Below, one piece after another: positions 38,113 to 46,720 of a DNA stretch of 64,000 bases (positions within the stretch are counted from its first letter, which is position 1; every line of letters begins with the position of its first letter). The notes beneath the pieces were generated by a model. The model ran no database searches. It saw nothing but the letters and a program-made list of their open reading frames with translations, and was not told the origin of the DNA. This stretch comes from Candidatus Omnitrophota bacterium. Its GTDB lineage: Bacteria; Omnitrophota; Omnitrophia; Omnitrophales; Aquincolibacteriaceae. A program made the position numbers and the translations under genes. The DNA is taken from the NCBI GenBank assembly GCA_043821445.1, contig JBDRCT010000033.1:5391-69390 (forward strand). The letters run 5' to 3'.

Positions 38113-40221
38113 TTAAAGCGGATAATCGAGCGCTTCCGGGATCATGATCTGCGCCACGGCTTCCGCGGCACGGTCTTTGGAAAAACGCAGCCCTGAGAAA
38201 CATGCGTCGGTCTTCGCGCGCAACTCCGCGAAAGCCTTAAGTTCCGGGCTCGCCGCGGAGCAACAACCGCTCGAAGCCTGATAGCCGTAAACAAGCTCGG
38301 CGCAGATCTTTCCGACTTCGCCTGCGGCCCGCGCGGACTGAACGCCGCTCAAGTCCGAATAAAAATTCACCACGCCGGCAAGGCCTTCCGCGAGCGTGGG
38401 ATTCTCAGGCCCCTTCTTCTCGAGCTCGAGCGTATCGAGGATGAGCTGGCGCGCGCCCAGGAGCCACGCAAGCGCATCGGTCATCGGGAACATGACGCCC
38501 TGGCGCTGACCGCCGTAAAGCGTTTTCCCGTTCACATCTTTGTGGGACTGGAGATACTCGAGGGACCAGAGCCAAAGTTCCATCGCCCCGGCGAGGGCGC
38601 AGGCGCCCATTTCCGGTTTGCGTTTTGCGATCTCGCGAAGGTCCTTGATCCAGTTCTTGAACTGAGCGAGGAAAATATCATTTTCCATCGTACGGCTCAT
38701 CTGGAGGCGCTGCACACATTCAGGCCCTTCGTACGTCGCCTCGAGCTGGGCATCCGACCATTTCTGCGTGAGGAATCCCGGGCAATCTTCCGTGATCCCG
38801 TAACCGCCCATCAAACTCACGGCCTCGCGCAACATGGTCGCGCCGTAGCCCGTATTCCAGAGCTTCCCGGCCGGGCAATACACATCCGCAAGCGACTCCT
38901 TGATGAGATACTGGACCAGGAGATCGCCTTCGAGTTCCGCCACGCGTTTTGCGTCACGTTTCGCTTCGGGCTGAGCCATGAGCGCGATATATTCGAGCGC
39001 TTTCTTGCGCGGCTCCGCGAACGCCTTCATCTGCGCGCGAGCGCCCTTGATCCCCTGCTCGGCGAAGATCTTGTCCTTTTCGTGTTCCATCACATCGAAG
39101 GCGTCGAAAAGCCGGGCCCCTTCGAATCCGAGGGACGCGCCCGCTTCCCCGGTCGCCCAAACATCGACGAGACGGTGGCAGGGGTCCTCTTTCTGCTGGA
39201 TCCCAAGATCATAGCGGGGCGTTCCGGCAGAAACCGAGCCTCCGCCGCGGAAACGCGTGCGCTGGTAACGGATCACGGGCTCGATCGCGGAAAGAAGCTT
39301 CGCGGTGGTCATGATCCCCACCGTGACGCGCGTCCTGCGGAAAACCGCTTCGATCACTTCGCTGTTGTTGAAATTCGGGATGATCACTCCGTCTTTAACG
39401 GTGTATCCGCCGATGATGCGGCTGGCCGGGACCTTCAAATTAAAGATCGGATCGTGGGTGCTGGAAAGCTGGTGCACAAGTTTCAGGGTCGGGGCGCCCC
39501 GGTCATAAAGTCCGGGATCATTTTCCTCGAGGATCACCATGCAGCTGGATTTGATGCGGGGGTCATCGCTGTCCACAGACGCGGTGACAAAATTCGCGTA
39601 GCCCATGTTCGTAATAAAACGGCCGCGTTTTTCGACTTGAAGGACCGGCTCCTGGCCTTCTTTCCACTCCGCGACACGGATACGTCCCGAAAGCATCCCG
39701 GCGTCCACACCGACATAAGGGAGCGGTTCGGTGAGCGCGAAAGAACCCCGGATGATCTTTCTTTTCTCTCCGGCTTTCGGAGGGACACAGCCGCCCATGT
39801 ATTTCTGGATCTGCTCGGGAGTACCTTTTTCATGGATGGGTTCAAGTGCGAGATTATTCGCAAGACTCGCCGTCGCGGCGCCCGCGTCCACCCAGCAAAG
39901 TTCGAACGCGATCATGGCAAGCACGAGGTTCTTGGGCCCCTCAATATAGCCCCCCTGTTCGGGTTCCATGAAAGCAGCCGTAATGCCGGCTTCGTCAAAA
40001 GACTTGAGCATGGCGGCCTTCTCGGGCGTCCACTCATGGGTGTGGCGCTGTTTGTCCGCCACCATACGGGCCACCACCCCGCGCGCTACGGCACGGGTCG
40101 ACTGGACCACCATCTGGAGGTCATAACGGTCCGTGAATCGCCACATGATCTGGCGGACATCGTCCCCCGGGAGCGTGCTCATCAAGGCTCTTTTCTCAGC
40201 ATTGGCAGTACTCATGGACAT
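38113..40221 (-). CDS. large acyl-CoA dehydrogenase-family protein
   Basis: 702 aa with ACAD N-, middle (beta-barrel) and C-terminal helical domains; adjacent to ETF-QO. Confidence 0.75.
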   Translation of the reverse strand: MSMSTANAEKRALMSTLPGDDVRQIMWRFTDRYDLQMVVQSTRAVARGVVARMVADKQRHTHEWTPEKAAMLKSFDEAGITAAFMEPEQGGYIEGPKNLVLAMIAFELCWVDAGAATASLANNLALEPIHEKGTPEQIQKYMGGCVPPKAGEKRKIIRGSFALTEPLPYVGVDAGMLSGRIRVAEWKEGQEPVLQVEKRGRFITNMGYANFVTASVDSDDPRIKSSCMVILEENDPGLYDRGAPTLKLVHQLSSTHDPIFNLKVPASRIIGGYTVKDGVIIPNFNNSEVIEAVFRRTRVTVGIMTTAKLLSAIEPVIRYQRTRFRGGGSVSAGTPRYDLGIQQKEDPCHRLVDVWATGEAGASLGFEGARLFDAFDVMEHEKDKIFAEQGIKGARAQMKAFAEPRKKALEYIALMAQPEAKRDAKRVAELEGDLLVQYLIKESLADVYCPAGKLWNTGYGATMLREAVSLMGGYGITEDCPGFLTQKWSDAQLEATYEGPECVQRLQMSRTMENDIFLAQFKNWIKDLREIAKRKPEMGACALAGAMELWLWSLEYLQSHKDVNGKTLYGGQRQGVMFPMTDALAWLLGARQLILDTLELEKKGPENPTLAEGLAGVVNFYSDLSGVQSARAAGEVGKICAELVYGYQASSGCCSAASPELKAFAELRAKTDACFSGLRFSKDRAAEAVAQIMIPEALDYPL

Positions 40222-40395
40222 TGATTCCTTTCGATTGATATTGTTCTATGAGATCAAACCCCGAAGAAGGGATTATAGGACCTGCTCCGCAGGAACAAAG
40301 TTACGTTATCTTATTCAGAGAAGACCTGTGAGGCAAGGGGAAAAACGGAGGGAATAGGGCTGAGTTTGGCCCCGGAAAACCGTGCGTAGCGGCTC

Positions 40396-41082
40396 TCAAT
40401 TTCTTGGATTCCCGATACCCGCCCCGTCACAAATGATGGCGCGCCGCCTCAATTCGAAGAAGCATTTCACGCAACAAAGCACATCGGACGCCGCATTGTG
40501 CTGATCTTCAAAATCCACATCGAACAGCTTGACATGAAGCTCGGATAATTTCGGCCACTTGTTGCCGCCCAAACTTTTCATTTCTTTTCCAGGATGGTAG
40601 TTTGGACGGCCCCAATCTCCGCTTTGCTTCGATTGATTGGTATTGGGACCGTACGACCTCGGGATCTTGCAAAACTTCGTCGAGCTTTTCATGGTGCATA
40701 TTTTTTTGATCGTCCGTAGCCCATCCGGCATTCCCCGGCGCAAAAGCTCCACCCGGACCATTTTTTCATCGAAATCCAGATTATGCGCCACAAGACACGC
40801 GACACCCGGGATCGCTCCGGAGAACTCCCTCAAAACCTCCGCGGCCGGGCGCCCTTCTTTCAATGCCCTTTCGGTGCTGATGCCGTGGATCGCCGTCGCG
40901 CTTTCGGGGATCACGAAACCTTCCGGTTGGATCATGTGATCGTGAAGCTCAAGCTGTGTCCCGTCTTCGTCAAAAAGCGCCCAGGCGATCTGAACGATGT
41001 GCGGCCAGTTCCCGAGATCGGAAACGGGGGCCTTCCAGCTTTTCGGCAATCCGGTCGTTTCCGTATCAAAAAAAAGATACAT
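40396..41082 (-). CDS. DnaQ-like 3'-5' exonuclease (DEDDh family) carrying an in-frame repeat insertion
   Basis: MYLFFDTETTG Exo I motif, HNLDFD Exo II, NAASDV Exo III; ~30-aa segment (GPNTNQSKQSGDWGRPNYHPGK) is encoded by a copy of the GTCCCAATACC...ATTGGGGC repeat. Confidence 0.7.
   Translation of the reverse strand: MYLFFDTETTGLPKSWKAPVSDLGNWPHIVQIAWALFDEDGTQLELHDHMIQPEGFVIPESATAIHGISTERALKEGRPAAEVLREFSGAIPGVACLVAHNLDFDEKMVRVELLRRGMPDGLRTIKKICTMKSSTKFCKIPRSYGPNTNQSKQSGDWGRPNYHPGKEMKSLGGNKWPKLSELHVKLFDVDFEDQHNAASDVLCCVKCFFELRRRAIICDGAGIGNPRN
40600..40649 (-). repeat. family B repeat inserted in-frame inside the exonuclease CDS
   Basis: Minus-strand GGTCCCAATACCAATCAATCGAAGCAAAGCGGAGATTGGGGCCGTCC translated as GPNTNQSKQSGDWGRP. 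Confidence 0.55.
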
Positions 41083-41193
41083 TTTTACACCTTTATTGAG
41101 ACGCGTTTTCCGGCATGACAATATTTGTAAGTAATCGCCTTCCAGGAGGGAAAACCGGAAAAGATATTTGCGTTTAAGAGATCTTTCATGACG

Positions 41194-41805
41194 TTACTTC
41201 CCGGCCACGAATTCGAGCACCACATCTGCTTGCTTAGCCGCGGCAACACTGACCCGTGGCGATAAAGCTGGTGCTTTTTCGATGTCCGACGCAAGGTCCC
41301 CGATCAGAATGAGGTTCGGTTTGAGCTTTCGGACCTTCAGATCATCACTGGAGCCCCATCCCCCCAGTCCGGAAGCGGAGACGATCAATTTTCCGGTCGG
41401 GAGTATTCCGGACACGAGCATGCTCTTGGCTTCGGCCCGGTCGAGACACTCCACCACGACGTCGCAGTTCCGGAATATTTCCGGGATATTGGCGGGTTCT
41501 AGCTTCACGGACAGCATTTGAAGTTCGAGCCCGGGATTGATGCGGAGGAGATTGGTCCGTAATGCTTCGACTTTTTCCATCCCGACCTGATCCGCGAAAT
41601 AGAATTGCCGGTCCAAATTGGAAGGATCGATGCGATCGAAATCCACGATCGTAAAATGCCTGAAACCGACCCGGACGAGGCAGGCCGCGCAATTGGAGCC
41701 CAGGCCGCCCGCGCCCGCAATGCCGATCTTCGCTTTTTCGATCTTCGCGAGCTTCGCTTCACCGAGCTTTTCAATAAGGTCCTGCCGGAACGCGTCCATC
41801 ATCAA
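41194..41805 (-). CDS. thiF: ThiF/MoeB-family adenylyltransferase (ThiS activation)
   Basis: IGIAGAGGLGSN Rossmann/ATP motif, E1-like fold; last gene of the thiS-G-H-F string. Confidence 0.75.
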   Translation of the reverse strand: MMMDAFRQDLIEKLGEAKLAKIEKAKIGIAGAGGLGSNCAACLVRVGFRHFTIVDFDRIDPSNLDRQFYFADQVGMEKVEALRTNLLRINPGLELQMLSVKLEPANIPEIFRNCDVVVECLDRAEAKSMLVSGILPTGKLIVSASGLGGWGSSDDLKVRKLKPNLILIGDLASDIEKAPALSPRVSVAAAKQADVVLEFVAGK

Positions 41806-42998
41806 ATTTGCATCCAGTCTTTCAACACCGGCTGGTACCCTTTGGCGACGAGCATCGCTTTGAACTCTTCGACGCTCCGCGGGTCCGAGATCTCAAACTG
41901 GGAAGCATCCTCCCCTTCCGCCCCGACTTTTATTTTCTTTTGATCAACGGTAGTCGGGACGGCCCCAATTTCAACCCCGTTAAAATTGATAGGTATTGGG
42001 ACCGGAGATCCGAGCGTGTGGCCGCCGACGCGTGTCGTCGAGCCCGCCGACATGCGCGTGACCCCGAGAGGCAAAAGATGCTCGCGCAGCGAAGCGCTTT
42101 CCCGCGTGGAAAGCGTGATCCCGATCCGCGGCAGGAAAAGCCTCAAGGCCACGATGATCTGCGTCATGTTCCTGTCGCTTACCTCCGTCATTTCTTTGAA
42201 ATCCCCGGCATGCGGCCTCAGACGCGGAAGCGAAACTCCGATCTCGACCTCTCCGTAGCGGTCCTGCAAATACCGGGCGTGAAGGCCCACCCAGAAAACT
42301 TCTTTCCGCCAATCATTCAATCCCAGAAGCGCCCCGACGTTCACGCTTCTCATTCCATTCTTCGCGGCGCGCTCCGGCGCGTCAAGCCGGAAGCGGAAAT
42401 CTTTTTTAGGCCCCGCCTTATGCACCTGCTCATAAACCTCCGCATCATAGGTCTCCTGATATAAGGTCAATCCATCGACACCTGAACGTACGAGGTCCGC
42501 GTATTCCTCTTCCGTGAGTGCGTAGATCTCGACGGCAAGAGAGCTGAAATATTTTTTGAGTACTTTGAGGCATTTTTTGATATAGGACAGCGGACTTTTT
42601 TCCCTCGAATCTCCCGTCAGGATAAGAAGATGCTCGATCCCTGTCGAAGCGATGAACGCGGCCTCTTTTTCCACTTCTCCCAAAGTCAGTGTTCTCCGAG
42701 GTATTTTGTTCAGGGTATTGAACCCGCAATAAGCGCACTCATTCTCGCAATAATTCGAAAGATACATCGGCGTGTAAAGCTGGAGGGTCCTGCCAAAGTG
42801 CATCAGGGTCAAGGCATGCGCCCTTTGCGCCATGGGCTCTAACAATCTTTCCGCAGCCGGAGAAAGAAGCGCCAAAAGACGCGCGGGATCTTGCGCGTCG
42901 GAATGGATCGAACGCTCAACGTCTTGGAGTGAAATCTCACGGAAGATCTTCTCGGAAGGAAGGTCCTTATATTTCAGAAGGGTATCGTAGTAGCTCAT
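41802..42998 (-). CDS. thiH: 2-iminoacetate synthase (tyrosine lyase, radical SAM) with in-frame repeat insertion near C-terminus
   Basis: CENECAYCGF radical SAM motif, ThiH-specific C-terminus (...QFEISDPRSVEEF...PVLKDW); ~25-aa insertion VPIPINFNGVEIGAVPTTVDQ encoded by repeat copy at ~41952-42003. Confidence 0.8.
   Translation of the reverse strand: MSYYDTLLKYKDLPSEKIFREISLQDVERSIHSDAQDPARLLALLSPAAERLLEPMAQRAHALTLMHFGRTLQLYTPMYLSNYCENECAYCGFNTLNKIPRRTLTLGEVEKEAAFIASTGIEHLLILTGDSREKSPLSYIKKCLKVLKKYFSSLAVEIYALTEEEYADLVRSGVDGLTLYQETYDAEVYEQVHKAGPKKDFRFRLDAPERAAKNGMRSVNVGALLGLNDWRKEVFWVGLHARYLQDRYGEVEIGVSLPRLRPHAGDFKEMTEVSDRNMTQIIVALRLFLPRIGITLSTRESASLREHLLPLGVTRMSAGSTTRVGGHTLGSPVPIPINFNGVEIGAVPTTVDQKKIKVGAEGEDASQFEISDPRSVEEFKAMLVAKGYQPVLKDWMQI
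41952..42003 (-). repeat. family B repeat inserted in-frame inside thiH
   Basis: Minus-strand GTCCCAATACCTATCAATTTTAACGGGGTTGAAATTGGGGCCGTCCCGAC translated as VPIPINFNGVEIGAVPT (different frame from the exonuclease copy). Confidence 0.55.
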
Positions 42999-43111
42999 GG
43001 CCGTCTCGTTGTGAGGTAAAAGAGAATTCTGAACTTTTTCGTTCTACTCCATGATGCATTAAGAATTTTCGGGGATCCGTAAACGCGCTCCGAAGGTCGA
43101 GCGGGCAAGGT

Positions 43112-43260
43112 GGCACTCAAAAGACCCGTCGTCACCGGCGGATCGATCCTTCCAGCGAGAATCGACCGCCTTCGAGTCTCGCTCCCGGGATCCGCCTACA
43201 AAACAAGGCGGAACCAAGCTCCCAGGAGCTCGAACGCTGCCTCTTGGTCTTTTGAGTGCC
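43112..43260. repeat. ~150-bp element closed by a perfect 15-bp inverted repeat, between thiG and thiH
   Basis: GGCACTCAAAAGACC (43112-43126) ... GGTCTTTTGAGTGCC (43246-43260); internal sub-hairpins GCGAGA...TCTCGC and CCGCC...GGCGG. Confidence 0.5.
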
Positions 43261-43354
43261 GAGCGAGACCAGAGGCGCGAATGAGTTTTTCCTCGCTGGG
43301 GAAAAACGAATGGCGGTAAAGGAGCCCCGGAAAATTCTCTTTTCCATTACTCGT

Positions 43355-44137
43355 TCATTTTGTTTCATGCAAAAAACCGGTCAAGGGCGAGGAGGCGCTG
43401 GCACCGCTTCCGGCAGAAGCAAGTCCTGCAAGATGGGCGGCACGACCCGCGCTTACAGCCTCCTTGAAAGCTCGGGCCATAGTTACGGGGTCCCGCGCGA
43501 TCGCGATCGCCGTATTCACAAGCACTGCCGCGCAACCCATTTCCATACATTCGCAGGCGTCCGAAGGACTGCCCAAGCCCGCGTCCACGATCACGGGCGC
43601 CTTGATCTCACGCACCAGGATCTCCACAAGCTCCCGGGTCTTCACGCCTCGGTTACTGCCGATAGGCGACCCGAGAGGCATGACCGCCGCCGCGCCCGCA
43701 TCCACCATGCGTTTGGCCATGGAAAGGTCCGGGCTCATGTAAGGAAGCACGATGAATCCTTCTTTGGCGAGGATCTCCACCGCTTTGAGCGTTTCAAGAT
43801 TATCCGGCAAAAGATATTTATGATCCTGAACCACTTCGATCTTGATCCAGTTCCCCTGCCCGCCCGCTTTTGCGAGTCTCGCGATCCGCACAGCCTCATC
43901 CGCGTTTCTTGCGCCGGAAGTGTTGGCCATGAGCATGCAGGCCTTTGGAATATATTCCAAAATATTGTCCGCCTGAGAACCGAGATCGACGCGCCGGAGC
44001 GCAACGGTCACGATGTCGGGTTGGGCGGCCTCCAGAGCTTTTTGCATGAGGGAATAGCTCGAGAATTTTCCGGTTCCGATCAAAAGACGGCTCTTAATCG
44101 AACGGCCGCCGAGCGCAAGCAGGTCTTCCATGGTCAT
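43355..44137 (-). CDS. thiG: thiazole synthase
   Basis: 260 aa; ThiG TIM-barrel motifs ([27 protein letters not shown]). Confidence 0.9.
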   Translation of the reverse strand: MTMEDLLALGGRSIKSRLLIGTGKFSSYSLMQKALEAAQPDIVTVALRRVDLGSQADNILEYIPKACMLMANTSGARNADEAVRIARLAKAGGQGNWIKIEVVQDHKYLLPDNLETLKAVEILAKEGFIVLPYMSPDLSMAKRMVDAGAAAVMPLGSPIGSNRGVKTRELVEILVREIKAPVIVDAGLGSPSDACECMEMGCAAVLVNTAIAIARDPVTMARAFKEAVSAGRAAHLAGLASAGSGASASSPLTGFLHETK

Positions 44138-44334
44138 CCGCCTCCGACAAAACTGACGATCTCGACCCTATCCTGATCCTTGAGCGCGATCTTGGGCCAG
44201 TCCTCTTTGGAGATGATGCTGAAGTTGTGCTCGACCACGATCTTGTCGGGACACAATCCCTTGGCCGCGACAAGCGCGTCGAGACTCAAGGACTTATCGA
44301 TCGATTCTTGTTTGCCGTTCAGGGTGAGGATCAT
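44134..44334 (-). CDS. thiS: sulfur-carrier protein ThiS
   Basis: 66 aa ending in GG; overlaps thiG start by 4 nt. Confidence 0.8.
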   Translation of the reverse strand: MILTLNGKQESIDKSLSLDALVAAKGLCPDKIVVEHNFSIISKEDWPKIALKDQDRVEIVSFVGGG

Positions 44335-44431
44335 GTACTCTTTTCCTTATTCGTGGGAACCATGTGCGTTATCTTAAACGAATTTTGTCTCTATTGAAAG
44401 GCCGCGGATACCCCCTGTGATTGTCGATATT

Positions 44432-45361
44432 TTAGATCTTTAATTTCGAGAAGTTAACACGCACGTCCTCCGCGGAGGCATGGAGCGCTTTCCGTTCACC
44501 GTCGCTTAACGGAATCTCGACGATCTTCTTCACGCCTTTGCGCCCGAGTTCCACCGGCACGCCGCAATAAACATCGCTCAATCCGTACTGCCCTTTGAGA
44601 TAAACACAGGACGGGATCACTTCTCCGGTATCCTGAAGGATCGCACGGACCATTTTCACGACAGAAGAAGATGGTGCATAATAAGCGCTGCCGGTCTTAA
44701 GGAGTTTTACGATCTCTGCCCCGCCGTCACGGGTCCTCTGGTTGATCTCCTCAATCGTTGCGGCGTCCAAAAGTGTGGTGACCGGCTTTCCGTTGACCTG
44801 GGTCAGCTCCGGCACCGGGACCATTTGATCGCCGTGCCCGCCGAGCACCGTCGCCCTGACATCGGAAGGTTTGCAGCCAAGTTTTTCCGCGATGAAATAA
44901 GCGTACCTTGACGAATCCAGTTCGCCGGCCATCCCGATCACGCGTTCGAAAGGAAATCCCGACTTTTTCTGAGCGAGCCAGGTCATCACATCAAGCGGGT
45001 TCGTGACCATCACCAGGACCGCATTCGGAGAATACCGGGCACACTCCGTCACGATCCCTCCGACGATCTCGGCATTCTTGAAAAGCAGGTCGTCCCGGCT
45101 CATGCCGGGCTTGCGGGCAAGTCCCGCTGTGATCACGACGACGTCTGAACCAGCCGTGTCTTGATAACTGTTCGTGCCGGTGATCTTGGAGAGAAATCCT
45201 TCGACCGGCGCGGATTCCATCATATCCAGGGCCTTGCCCTGCGGGAGTCCTTCCACAATATCGATAAGAACAACGTCCGCGAGATTTTTCTCGACGATGC
45301 GTTGCGCGGCTGTCGCGCCGACAAAACCTGCTCCGACAACGGTCACTTTGAAATTCGTCAT
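44432..45361 (-). CDS. mdh: malate dehydrogenase (LDH-like MDH family)
   Basis: VTVVGAGFVGAT NAD motif, substrate-binding Arg and catalytic His region (VLGGHGDQMV). Confidence 0.85.
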   Translation of the reverse strand: MTNFKVTVVGAGFVGATAAQRIVEKNLADVVLIDIVEGLPQGKALDMMESAPVEGFLSKITGTNSYQDTAGSDVVVITAGLARKPGMSRDDLLFKNAEIVGGIVTECARYSPNAVLVMVTNPLDVMTWLAQKKSGFPFERVIGMAGELDSSRYAYFIAEKLGCKPSDVRATVLGGHGDQMVPVPELTQVNGKPVTTLLDAATIEEINQRTRDGGAEIVKLLKTGSAYYAPSSSVVKMVRAILQDTGEVIPSCVYLKGQYGLSDVYCGVPVELGRKGVKKIVEIPLSDGERKALHASAEDVRVNFSKLKI

Positions 45362-45464
45362 AATACCATCCTCCGTTAAAAGCGCTCTTAAGGAACCAGG
45401 AACATGTTTTCGCGTTCACGGATCGCTCCGTGAAGACCTTTTTTATATCAAAAAAGAACAGGGA

Positions 45465-45704
45465 TTAGTAGTTAAAAAGGTCCCGGTGTGCGAATTTTTG
45501 TTCGGGGAGCGCGTTGTGCAAGGCGCTCAGGATCTTGGCCTTGGCCCGGACCGTAAGGCGCCTCCCCTTGCGTGCCTTTTGCACCACCTTGTGAGACAGC
45601 TGCTCGGTCGAGGCCGCAACAAGCGCGTGGTTTGAAAGCCCATGCTTGGCCATAAGGGCATCCAGGGGCTGCGCACCGAGGTCGTTCGTTCCCTTGATCG
45701 TCAT
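45465..45704 (-). CDS. small conserved hypothetical protein
   Basis: 79-aa ORF directly downstream of rho (4-nt overlap). Confidence 0.45.
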   Translation of the reverse strand: MTIKGTNDLGAQPLDALMAKHGLSNHALVAASTEQLSHKVVQKARKGRRLTVRAKAKILSALHNALPEQKFAHRDLFNY

Positions 45705-46720
45705 TGTAACTTGCTCACGGCAGTGAGAAGGTCTTTTGTCACAGGATATTTCTTGAACTGTTCGATCAACGCGCTGATTGCTTCGATGGGCTTAAGCCCG
45801 GCCAAGGCGCGGCGTATCCGGCGCGACGGTTCCAGTTCCTGTGGCGTAAAAAGAAGTTCTTCCTTACGCGTTCCGCTTTTGGATATGTCCACCGCCGGAT
45901 AAATACGCTGGTTCGAGATCTCACGCGATAGAAAGATCTCCATATTTCCCGTTCCTTTGAATTCTTCAAAAATGAGCTGGTCCATGCGGCTCCCGGTATC
46001 CACAAGGATCGTCGCGAGGATCGTAAGCGACCCTCCGTGTTCGATCTTGCGGGCCGATCCGAAGATCCGCCGCGGCACTTCCATGGAACGCGCATCCACG
46101 CCCCCGGAAAGTGTCCGGCCGCTGGAACGTTGTTCCGCATTATGCACGCGCGCCAAACGGGTCAAAGAATCGACTAGGACCATCACGTTCGCGCCGGCCG
46201 CAACCTCGCGATACACTTGTTGCATGAGCTCCCGGGCGGTCTGGATATGATGGTCATAAGTTTGGTCGGATGAAGACCACCGGACTTCGGCCGTCACGCT
46301 GCGACGGAAGTCCGTGACCTCCTCGGGCCTTTCATCGATCAAAAGACAATAAAGCTTCATCTCCGGCCGGCTTTTTGCCACGGCCTGACAAAGATGCTTG
46401 AGAAACGTTGTTTTTCCGGAACCCGGAGGCGCCACGATCAGTCCACGCTGACCCATCCCGATCGGTGTGATAAGATCCATGACGCGCATCGTAAGTTCCT
46501 GAGAGCCGTCTTCAAGCCGGATCCGTGGCGAGGGATCGACGGCCGTACTGGCAAAAAACTTCTGCTCATCTTCAGCCACCACGCGCTGAGGTTCCCCATG
46601 CGGCGGTCGGTGAGCATGACGATGGGAATGGGAACCCCGGTTGGGGCGACGCTCGCCGCGGTGTCTTTGATCGGTATTGGGACCACGCCCTGAACGCTCC
46701 CGGTGTTCAAAGTTTCTCAT
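45701..46720 (-). CDS. rho: transcription termination factor Rho, atypical (no N-terminal OB-fold RNA-binding domain; Arg-rich N-tail)
   Basis: Q-loop, Walker A GSGKTT, R-loop and C-terminal Rho motifs all present from LTMRVMDLITPIGMGQRGLIVAPPGSGKTT onward, but only ~75 residues precede them and they are Arg/His-rich low complexity; start overlaps ABC-F stop by 14 nt. Confidence 0.8.
   Translation of the reverse strand: MRNFEHRERSGRGPNTDQRHRGERRPNRGSHSHRHAHRPPHGEPQRVVAEDEQKFFASTAVDPSPRIRLEDGSQELTMRVMDLITPIGMGQRGLIVAPPGSGKTTFLKHLCQAVAKSRPEMKLYCLLIDERPEEVTDFRRSVTAEVRWSSSDQTYDHHIQTARELMQQVYREVAAGANVMVLVDSLTRLARVHNAEQRSSGRTLSGGVDARSMEVPRRIFGSARKIEHGGSLTILATILVDTGSRMDQLIFEEFKGTGNMEIFLSREISNQRIYPAVDISKSGTRKEELLFTPQELEPSRRIRRALAGLKPIEAISALIEQFKKYPVTKDLLTAVSKLQ
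46634..46684 (-). repeat. partial family B repeat forming part of the rho 5' coding region
   Basis: GGTCCCAATACCGATCAA... encodes GPNTDQ within the Arg-rich N-tail of Rho. Confidence 0.45.

Noticed and set aside
38542-40224. 560-aa plus-strand ORF (and similar long ORFs 6246..7178, 9923-overlapping 10046..10783, 52239..53228, 35412..36179)
   Set aside because: These are antisense shadow ORFs opposite well-supported genes (acyl-CoA dehydrogenase, ispG/thiC, epimerase, metK) in GC-rich DNA, or read-throughs of REP palindromes. Their translations are Arg/Pro/Gly-rich low complexity with no recognisable domains.
41282-41805. Multiple short ORFs (41345..41692, 41505..41774, 41605..41943) overlapping thiF
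   Set aside because: These are alternative-frame and antisense ORFs within the ThiF coding region. ThiF has clear Rossmann/E1 motifs, while the others have none.
44335-44431. Possible TPP riboswitch upstream of thiS (and similarly upstream of thiC at 8255-8280 and thiD at 17775-17842)
   Set aside because: Leaders are only 26-97 nt. They lack the CUGAGA motif and the GAACCUGAUC...GCGUAGGGA pyrimidine-sensor segment of the TPP aptamer. No convincing aptamer can be built by eye.
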